A DNA stretch of 15,783 nucleotides from a virus, in IMG/VR virus record IMGVR_UViG_3300009666_000002. The stretch is one strand, 5' to 3'. The position numbers were made by a program, and so were the translations under genes. The notes under the pieces were generated by a model, which saw nothing but the letters and a program-made list of their open reading frames with translations, made no database searches and was not told where the DNA came from. Positions 7,860-13,274 of this stretch are shown here, piece by piece. Position 1 is the stretch's first letter; every line of letters begins with the position of its first letter.

Positions 7860-8321
7860 CTATTCATCTACCGACTTCTTCTTTCGCGCAGCGGCTTTTG
7901 CCTCAGCCACCATTTTCTGACGCTCCTCATACTGACGTTTAGCCTCATCCTGCTGCCTCCTGGCCAGCTCAGCGTATGGGGCGAATTGTGTCACAAGATG
8001 TCGTTTTTCGTCTTCAGAGACTTTGCCTTCCAGGACAGCCATCAGCGAGATGACACAACTGTTAAAATTAGTCTGCGCAATCTCGGTCTGATTCAACAGC
8101 GAAGTGTATGTTCCTAGGATGCTATCATTCTGCTCCTGGAGATTTTTTATTCTAGCTCGATACTCGTCGATTCTGTCGCCGTATTCCAAGGTGTCCAACA
8201 TCAGCTCCCTCGCCGCCGTTGACATCGATACCTCATTTTTGTCGGCCATGCTCAGAACTCTAGCATACAACCAGTCCGGAACTCGGATCACGAGCTTTCG
8301 CTCCATCGTATCGGGAGACAT
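7860..8321 (-). CDS. Ribbon-helix-helix (CopG/Arc-like) DNA-binding protein with a coiled-coil C-terminal domain
   Basis: The N-terminus KLVIRVPDWLYARVLSMADKNEVSMSTAARELMLDTLE fits the RHH beta-strand/helix/helix pattern. It is paralogous to the adjacent 142-aa protein (MERKLVIRVP versus MEKRLNVRVP; SLMAVLEGK versus CIPVLEGK). Confidence 0.7.
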   Translation of the reverse strand: MSPDTMERKLVIRVPDWLYARVLSMADKNEVSMSTAARELMLDTLEYGDRIDEYRARIKNLQEQNDSILGTYTSLLNQTEIAQTNFNSCVISLMAVLEGKVSEDEKRHLVTQFAPYAELARRQQDEAKRQYEERQKMVAEAKAAARKKKSVDE

Positions 8322-8343
8322 TAGTATTCACTTGTCTTCTTCA

Positions 8344-8351
8344 TATTTAAA
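8344..8351 (-). promoter_or_regulatory. Archaeal-type TATA box (TTTAAATA) exactly 22 nt upstream of the ATG at 8321 (leaderless geometry)
   Basis: The minus strand reads TTTAAATA, then 22 nt, then ATGTCT. No Shine-Dalgarno is present. Confidence 0.55.
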
Positions 8352-8355
8352 CATA

Positions 8356-8775
8356 TTATTCGTCCACGGTACCAGGCGTGTTTTTACTGGCTATTTCGGT
8401 TATGATCTTGATGCGATTGAGATATTTGACTAGCTCTCCGGCTTCCCAGCACTCTGGTTTTCCTTCCAACACGGGAATGCATGCATTCAAAATAGTGATG
8501 ATCATCCGATTGAATGTCGCGACTGTATCGTACATGGAGTCAAGCGACTTAAGAAGCGTCTTATTCGCCTCAAAAAGCCTTTCTTTATCCCCGAGGAGCT
8601 TCGTTATGTCTCTGTCGTACATCTCCTTCTCGGGCCCAAATTCTAGGTAGTCCTCCACGATTTCACGGACGATGGTTCCAACTGAGGTATTTTCCTTGAC
8701 TGCTATGTCTACGACTTGATCATAGATGTCCTTCGGAACGCGGACGTTCAGCCTTTTCTCCATCACCACTGGCAT
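8356..8775 (-). CDS. Ribbon-helix-helix DNA-binding protein, paralogue of 7860..8321
   Basis: RHH pattern RLNVRVPKDIYDQVVDIAVKENTSVGTIVREIVEDYLE. The ORF track begins at a TTG (8784). I prefer the ATG at 8775 because TATAAATA lies exactly 22 nt upstream of it. Confidence 0.7.
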   Translation of the reverse strand: MPVVMEKRLNVRVPKDIYDQVVDIAVKENTSVGTIVREIVEDYLEFGPEKEMYDRDITKLLGDKERLFEANKTLLKSLDSMYDTVATFNRMIITILNACIPVLEGKPECWEAGELVKYLNRIKIITEIASKNTPGTVDE

Positions 8776-8797
8776 GTGTCCCAATTGTGCCCCATTA

Positions 8798-8805
8798 TAT
8801 TTATA
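8798..8805 (-). promoter_or_regulatory. Archaeal-type TATA box (TATAAATA) 22 nt upstream of the ATG at 8775
   Basis: The spacing is the same as for the paralogous gene promoter at 8344..8351. Confidence 0.5.
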
Positions 8806-9091
8806 GATTGTTCCCCCCCTGGACCTGTGTCGTCTTACCCCTCCACTCCTACAAAAACGACGCCCTCGCCGCTCAAAATTCCCGCCAAAAAACCGCTATC
8901 GTGCGCCTTTGCTGCGAGAGACCCCCTCGGATAAGCCCAAACTCGATCCATTTACCCATACCTTTGCGCGACGGATCACGAAGATTCCCATAGTGTGTAG
9001 AACAAGTGCAATCATCGAGTAAACTCATCTGGTTTAGGAGACTGTAAAAAAGATAGGGGAGTTTTTAGACAATCACAGTGTAAAGTATTGC

Positions 9092-9313
9092 TTAATCTCT
9101 CATGATTGCCTTGAGGAGATCTATTCGGGCTTTCTGTGTTTCGAAAAGAATTCTCCACTTTACGTGAGTTAAGCTATTATCGCTCGCAGGTATAGTCTCT
9201 TTCCAGTTTGCGGCGTACTCTTGGAGCTTCAAGTCGATGTCTGTTGCTATTTCTAAAGCCCACGTTTCGCGAAGCGACTGAAATGTCTCATTTAATTCAT
9301 CCAAGTTGCTCAT
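9092..9313 (-). CDS. Small hypothetical protein (73 aa from the ATG at 9313; the track ORF extends to a TTG at 9352), low GC
   Basis: MSNLDELNETFQSLRETWALEIA..., predicted helical. TTTAAATA (9333..9340) lies 19 nt upstream of this ATG. No family recognised. Confidence 0.5.
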   Translation of the reverse strand: MSNLDELNETFQSLRETWALEIATDIDLKLQEYAANWKETIPASDNSLTHVKWRILFETQKARIDLLKAIMRD

Positions 9314-9332
9314 AAGATAACATTCTCCTGTA

Positions 9333-9340
9333 TATTTAAA
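9333..9340 (-). promoter_or_regulatory. Archaeal-type TATA box (TTTAAATA) upstream of the 73-aa ORF
   Basis: Exact consensus octamer. The 19-nt spacing to the ATG is slightly short for a strictly leaderless transcript. Confidence 0.4.
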
Positions 9341-9560
9341 TAGATTACTCAAACAAGAACGTGAAAGGCAATCGCTTGTTCTCCGATCAATTCACCAAGC
9401 ACGACGCTATCTCAGAAGCCGCTAAAATCGAGCGCTGAACGCAAACTGATTATTTTATATAATCTCTGTAATCATCATTATAACGCGTATATATTTAATA
9501 ATGTATTTAGAATACTAAAATTGATAGAATATAAATAGGCGAAAGCTATTTAATCGTTAC

Positions 9561-9587
9561 ATGTACCATGGTATATGTACGATGGTA
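9561..9587. repeat. Tandem 13-bp direct repeat ATGTAC(C/G)ATGGTA x2, containing the palindrome TACCATGGTA, at the edge of an AT-rich non-coding tract
   Basis: The sequence reads atgtaccatggta t atgtacgatggta. It lies in the 320-bp ORF-free region 9353..9671. Confidence 0.7.
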
Positions 9588-9671
9588 CCGTGGTGAGTAA
9601 AGCCTTCTCGAAAAGGATGAGGCCGCCTATGGGCGGGTGGGACGAAGTAAAGAAGGGTTCACCATGAGCAC

Positions 9672-10274
9672 TTATTTATTTTCGAAGATATAATCAATTG
9701 TTACAGCAAAACACGACTCTATCTTTTGATAGTGGATACTATCTCCACGATATTTTTGAGTTATTGTCCCTGCAATAAAGTCAGCTGCTTGGATGCACGG
9801 ATATTGCCTAGAATCAAGCGGCTCCAGTTTTAATGAGCACCTGTCCAATTTTTGTCCAAGGACGTCTTCATCTATCGTATACATGGACTTATCGGGGCAA
9901 ACGTTCACAGTTCCGTTTAGATTACAGTTTATAATTATTTCAAATAATAGTTTTTTAAACATGTGATCGTGTATGTGTTGTGCGCTATCGTTTATCGTCA
10001 AACTGGATTTACGTTTATGCAGTATTATATAGGCTAAATTGCTATCTGTTTTCGCGATGCATTCAAGAATACGCCTTTTGATCGCATCATTCGAGTTGTT
10101 AAATTTCAGTTCAGAAGTCTGTTTATATTTTTTAGATAATCTATTCATTCTAATACGTTTAATGCATTTATCAATCGCAGACGAGTCTTTTGTTATGATC
10201 GCAGCCAACACAAAAAAGTCGGATGCGTTTTGGCCGAATCCTAAATCACCAGACTCATCGATATAAACATCCAT
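9672..10274 (-). CDS. DUF3800-like protein (function unknown), low-GC cargo gene
   Basis: The N-terminal MDVYIDESGDLGF and C-terminal SRQYPCIQAADFIAGTI match my recollection of the DUF3800 signature (N-terminal DESG, C-terminal Q-x-AD). GC content is far below the core genes. GGGGG lies 6 nt upstream of the ATG. Confidence 0.6.
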   Translation of the reverse strand: MDVYIDESGDLGFGQNASDFFVLAAIITKDSSAIDKCIKRIRMNRLSKKYKQTSELKFNNSNDAIKRRILECIAKTDSNLAYIILHKRKSSLTINDSAQHIHDHMFKKLLFEIIINCNLNGTVNVCPDKSMYTIDEDVLGQKLDRCSLKLEPLDSRQYPCIQAADFIAGTITQKYRGDSIHYQKIESCFAVTIDYIFENK

Positions 10275-10308
10275 TTTTTTCCCCCGGAAAGTTATTTACA
10301 GCATCAAA

Positions 10309-10335
10309 GCAGAAAGGTCTATTAGACCTTTCTGC
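10309..10335 (-). terminator. Perfect 27-bp palindrome/hairpin right after the stop of 10337..10732; terminator or attenuator before the DUF3800 gene (a protein binding site is also possible)
   Basis: GCAGAAAGGTCTA-t-TAGACCTTTCTGC, followed on the minus strand by TTTG. Confidence 0.5.
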
Positions 10336-10336
10336 A

Positions 10337-10732
10337 TTAGCGAAGCTCAAGCGCCTCTGCCTTCAGCTTTCGGGCTCTCGCCGTGGCTGCCTCTCGGGTC
10401 ATCTTTCGAGGAGAGCCGATGTACTTGTTAACGACCTTGTCCCCCGCCTTCCAAGATGCGAAAAAGTACTCATAGGTCTTCGGCCCCTTCGCGGTGATCT
10501 TCTCCACCTGGCCGAGGTATACCGTCAACGCCTCCAGCCGCGCCGCATCCCACAGAGCCTCAGCCTCGCCCCCCAGCCTGGCCGCCTCCGCCTCTCTCTC
10601 CCTCGCCGCCGGTTCCAGCCCCCTGATAGCCCGGAGCTTTGCCGCCTCGTCTCGCAGCTTCCGGGCCTCCTCTCTCAAGGCCTTGATCTCCTCCCCGCTT
10701 GTGGTTTCGTAAACGATCTTCTGCCTCGCCAT
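10337..10732 (-). CDS. Hypothetical coiled-coil protein with a C-terminal Y-x-Y-F-x-A-S-W-K-x-G-x-K-V-x-x-K-Y-I-G motif
   Basis: 131 aa. The N-terminal half is charged and Ala/Arg/Glu-rich. The C-terminal segment is KTYEYFFASWKAGDKVVNKYIGS. High GC. It is divergent from the plus-strand wHTH gene. TTTATATG lies 23 nt upstream of the ATG. Confidence 0.55.
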   Translation of the reverse strand: MARQKIVYETTSGEEIKALREEARKLRDEAAKLRAIRGLEPAAREREAEAARLGGEAEALWDAARLEALTVYLGQVEKITAKGPKTYEYFFASWKAGDKVVNKYIGSPRKMTREAATARARKLKAEALELR

Positions 10733-10740
10733 GTAATATA

Positions 10741-10786
10741 GTTATGTGACTATCCCATATAAATTTAGTGGCGAGAGTCACATAAC
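10741..10786. promoter_or_regulatory. 11-bp perfect inverted repeat (GTTATGTGACT / AGTCACATAAC) enclosing the TATA box (10756..10763) of the 131-aa gene; putative operator in a divergent promoter region
   Basis: The arms are at 10741..10751 and 10776..10786. The 24-bp spacer contains catataaattt (TTTATATG on the minus strand). Confidence 0.6.
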
Positions 10787-10884
10787 CAAACTGATTTGTG
10801 GGATTTGGAACTCGGCAAAAAGATTATTTAGATAGAATCCCAAAGCAGTAACCGCATGTAACCACAATAGAAGGTGATAGAAGA

Positions 10885-11436
10885 ATGAGGACATTAGAAG
10901 ACCAGCCCCTAGCGGATGCCAGAGGCCGATCCACGACCAAGGATAAAATGGCCCTTCTGGCGGATAAGCTTTTCGATGAGGACCCAAGAATTAAGCATCT
11001 TTTAACCGAGGTCCTCCAGCAGCAGGAGGATGAGATCCGTCGGCTCCAGTGCATCTCCCAGCAACGACAGAGGGAAATTCAGCGCCAGGAAGATGAGATC
11101 CACAAGCTCAGGGAGGAGCTGGACGCCTTCCGGGAAGAGGTCGCCCTCGAACGAGCATATGACCGCCAGAGGATCTCCAGGCTGGAGAATCCCATCGCTT
11201 CGCCCTCCCCACCACAAGAAGGGACTAAGACCGCCGCCAGGATCGAAGAGATGATCGGGATCCTGAAAAGACGACAGGGCCGGGCCGCCTTTTCGGAGCT
11301 GAAAGAGGATCTGAAGCTTACTGACTCCCAGTTTTCGAAGCTCATTAAAAAGCTCGATATGCGCCGGTTCGACGTGCAACGCCGCCCCCACAGCGGAAAG
11401 GAGAAAGTTCTGATCCTGAGGCAACAGATCGGATAG
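10885..11436 (+). CDS. Coiled-coil plus C-terminal winged-helix DNA-binding protein; the only plus-strand gene and a putative switch regulator
   Basis: 183 aa with AGGTGA 7 nt before the ATG. It has heptad-like Q/E/R-rich repeats, then ARIEEMIGILKRRQGRAAFSELKEDLKLTDSQFSKLIKKL (wHTH-like). The longer antisense ORF (11002..11610) looks like reverse-strand noise. Confidence 0.6.
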   Translation: MRTLEDQPLADARGRSTTKDKMALLADKLFDEDPRIKHLLTEVLQQQEDEIRRLQCISQQRQREIQRQEDEIHKLREELDAFREEVALERAYDRQRISRLENPIASPSPPQEGTKTAARIEEMIGILKRRQGRAAFSELKEDLKLTDSQFSKLIKKLDMRRFDVQRRPHSGKEKVLILRQQIG

Positions 11437-11460
11437 TTGCCGGCAAGTGGAAACTATCTG

Positions 11461-11501
11461 GCGAGGATATAGCCTCGCGGTGGCGTTTTGCTCTAGCAAA
11501 A
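11461..11501 (+). terminator. Two consecutive hairpins downstream of the plus-strand gene
   Basis: GCGAGG-atatag-CCTCGC (11461..11478) and TTTTGC-tcta-GCAAAA (11486..11501), beginning 25 nt after the stop codon. Confidence 0.4.
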
Positions 11502-11669
11502 GCCGATAACACACCTCGTTAAATGTCGTGGTGTTTGTCTTGTCTAGTTGATGCTGTTTTTGTCTCTGGTTAATATAAGGTCTGGTATCTAGGCCTCTTT
11601 TGCTTATCACCTTGTTGTCTCGTCAAATAGTTGTCAGTTTCCATCGGATGGAAAGTGTGGAAAGTGAAT

Positions 11670-11720
11670 TTAGTTATGTAACTTTAATTATTAGTTATGA
11701 CCAGCAAGCTACATAACTAA
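11670..11720. repeat. 11-bp perfect inverted repeat TTAGTTATGTA / TACATAACTAA, plus an internal direct copy TTAGTTATGA; the motif is related to the 10741..10786 repeat
   Basis: The arms are at 11670..11680 and 11710..11720, with the third copy at 11691..11700. It shares the core GTTATGT with 10741..10786. It lies just downstream of the HEPN gene stop. Confidence 0.7.
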
Positions 11721-11737
11721 TTAAAAACACCCAAAAA

Positions 11738-12448
11738 TCACCCAACATTTTGTATTATCTTTCCTACACCATTAATCAAATCGAGAACTTCTTCTTCGGT
11801 TGGATCACGAGCTTTTTTATGATCACACAAATTTCGTATATCAGCCAATTTTTGTATTTCCCTCCAAGTTGGAATGTCGTACACACTATGTGCTCTAAGT
11901 GGCTCGTTTAAATCTGCGATGGTTGGGTCTTTTTTAGAAATAGGAATACAACGATTGGCTGCTACTTGTTGGAGGTGGCTTTCAAGCACTACTGCAGCCA
12001 CGGTTCCAGCTGCTCTTAAATGCCCGTTTTTATGTAGATGCATAGCGGCATCAAGCTCCGAATTAAAAAGATCTGCTTGTAGAATATCTTTAATTTTAGC
12101 TAGCGTATCATCTAAAGTATCTGCTGAGGATGATAATATTTTTATTTGAACCAAAAAATTTATTGTAATATTTAGATTTGCGGAAGGCGTTATTTTAATA
12201 GTGGCTGGCTCCGGCAACCTTTCGCAGAGTCTTTCGATGGTATGGTATCGCCGTTCAAAATCCTCGGCGCGATGTGGAATTAGTTGTTTAATAACCAAAA
12301 ACGATCTTGTGTACCAACTCTCGTATTCGAACATGAAATTTAAATGGTCTTTCAAATCATCCTCACTTTTTAAATACTCCTGTAGTTTTATACCATCTGA
12401 TATTAGTTCATTCAAACCTTCTCTTATTTCTAGATAATTGTTTCTCAT
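11738..12448 (-). CDS. HEPN-domain protein candidate (C-terminal R-N-x3-H motif), low-GC cargo gene
   Basis: The C-terminal region ELDAAMHLHKNGHLRAAGTVAAVVLESHLQQV ... REIQKLADIRNLCDHKK fits the HEPN helix pattern and the Rx4-6H motif with N after R. The N-terminal ~130 aa are helical and of unknown family. The track ORF starts at a TTG (12466); the ATG at 12448 (MRNNYLEI) is more likely. Confidence 0.55.
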   Translation of the reverse strand: MRNNYLEIREGLNELISDGIKLQEYLKSEDDLKDHLNFMFEYESWYTRSFLVIKQLIPHRAEDFERRYHTIERLCERLPEPATIKITPSANLNITINFLVQIKILSSSADTLDDTLAKIKDILQADLFNSELDAAMHLHKNGHLRAAGTVAAVVLESHLQQVAANRCIPISKKDPTIADLNEPLRAHSVYDIPTWREIQKLADIRNLCDHKKARDPTEEEVLDLINGVGKIIQNVG

Positions 12449-12507
12449 AATAATTACGTTAATCAATCTAGAATGCTATAAGTTTTCCGGGTTCTAATGT
12501 AGTTTAT

Positions 12508-12951
12508 CTACTTCTCCAGCTCGCCGCTTTCCAGGCAGTCTTTGATGTACTGCTGGACGGTCCGGTTTTTGTATCCTACCTGCTGAGCTATTGCCTGTCG
12601 GTTCCGCTCTCCGCCTCTCCACAGCTCTTTGATCTTCTCTTGTGTCGCGGTGTCCTCGGATAGCCTCTGAATTGTGGGTTTAACCTCGGGTTTAACCTCG
12701 GGTTTAACGTCTTGTTTAACCGGTTTAACGTCCTGTTTAACTTCCGGTTTAACCCCCAGCCTGCTGTCAATCAGCTTTATAAGCTCTTTTTTATCTAATA
12801 CGATTAGGCCTGTACCTTCAGGGATTGCGACGTTAAAATATTGGTTTAACGCATCCCTCACGATATCGCTTTTGGACTTCTCGGAGCGTTTAACCTCTTC
12901 GTCGATCAAGGTCTCCAGCTCCGCCGAGATCTTGACCCCTAAGAATGGCAT
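12508..12951 (-). CDS. RHH (N-terminal), VKP-rich tandem repeat linker and C-terminal HTH DNA-binding protein
   Basis: The N-terminus is LGVKISAELETLIDEEVKRSEKSKSDIVRDALNQYF (RHH pattern). The central part is VKPEVKQDVKPVKQDVKPEVKPEVKP. The C-terminus is NRQAIAQQVGYKNRTVQQYIKDCL (HTH-like). Confidence 0.7.
   Translation of the reverse strand: MPFLGVKISAELETLIDEEVKRSEKSKSDIVRDALNQYFNVAIPEGTGLIVLDKKELIKLIDSRLGVKPEVKQDVKPVKQDVKPEVKPEVKPTIQRLSEDTATQEKIKELWRGGERNRQAIAQQVGYKNRTVQQYIKDCLESGELEK
12676..12756. repeat. Seven tandem units (six of 12 bp, one of 9 bp), each containing the heptad GTTTAAC; coding (VKPx repeats)
   Basis: The sequence reads gggtttaacctc gggtttaacctc gggtttaacgtc ttgtttaac cggtttaacgtc ctgtttaacttc cggtttaacccc. 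Three more GTTTAAC copies follow at 12844, 12887 and 12952. Confidence 0.9.
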
Positions 12952-13012
12952 GTTTAACTAATTGTTAAACGATCGGTTAAATATCTATGCCAGGTTAAAC
13001 GGATCGTTTAAT
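12952..13012. promoter_or_regulatory. Promoter/operator region of the RHH-HTH gene, with GTTTAAC/GTTAAAC heptads in inverted and direct orientation around a TATA-like ATATTTAA
   Basis: A GTTTAAC-taatt-GTTAAAC palindrome (12952..12970) abuts the ATG. Other copies are GTTAAAT (12976), GTTAAAC (12994) and GTTTAAT (13006). ATATTTAA (minus strand, 12977..12984) lies 25 nt upstream of the ATG. Confidence 0.6.
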
Positions 13013-13052
13013 GAAAGGTAAAACCACGGCCCGGGAAAACTCGGTTCCGCCT

Positions 13053-13274
13053 TTAAGGGCCATAGTCATGCAACCAAGCTTGATACCTGAGAAATTCCAG
13101 CTCTTTTCTGAGAAGCTCGGTTGTGGCTTCAAGCTCGTTAATCTTCTTTTTCAGGGCCACCCTTTCCTTCAACAGGACGGTGGTTCCCCGTTTCTCTCGG
13201 TCCTCTTTCAGCCGCTGGGAGACGATCCTCGTCATGTCGGCGCGTGAGAACTCGAGGACCTCGGTCAGTTCCAT
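13053..13274 (-). CDS. Small coiled-coil protein, hypothetical; last gene of the structural operon
   Basis: 73 aa. It overlaps the upstream gene by 10 nt and has a charged heptad-like sequence. T-tracts (GTTTTCC, GGTTTTACC) follow its stop. Confidence 0.5.
   Translation of the reverse strand: MELTEVLEFSRADMTRIVSQRLKEDREKRGTTVLLKERVALKKKINELEATTELLRKELEFLRYQAWLHDYGP

Noticed and set aside
10223-10741. 172-aa plus-strand ORF and other long ORFs antisense to portal, terL, primase and the MuF gene (e.g. 2394..2789, 2802..3230, 3617..4063, 4250..4660, 5388..5945, 6204..6620, 6750..7313, 13766..14158, 14279..14638)
   Set aside because: All lie opposite well-supported minus-strand genes. They are R/P/S/G-rich and lack start-site signals. 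These are the open antisense frames expected in high-GC coding DNA.
11002-11610. 202-aa minus-strand ORF overlapping the plus-strand wHTH gene
   Set aside because: Leu/Pro-rich sequence typical of the reverse complement of a Glu/Gln/Arg-rich coiled-coil gene. It has no ribosome binding site or TATA. The plus-strand frame has an AGGTGA ribosome binding site and a plausible wHTH domain. I cannot fully exclude it without a coding-potential calculation.
11530-11640. Recurrent TTGTCT/TTGTC motifs in the 11.44-11.67 kb non-coding region, as possible iterons related to the CTGTC arrays
   Set aside because: The motif is short (5-6 bp), irregularly spaced and in T-rich DNA, so it is easily explained by chance. 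I kept only the clear inverted repeat at 11670..11720.
12676-12756. Possible CRISPR array
   Set aside because: The units are 12 bp (one of 9 bp) with no unique spacers. They are in frame within a protein-coding gene, where they encode VKP repeats. No cas genes are present.
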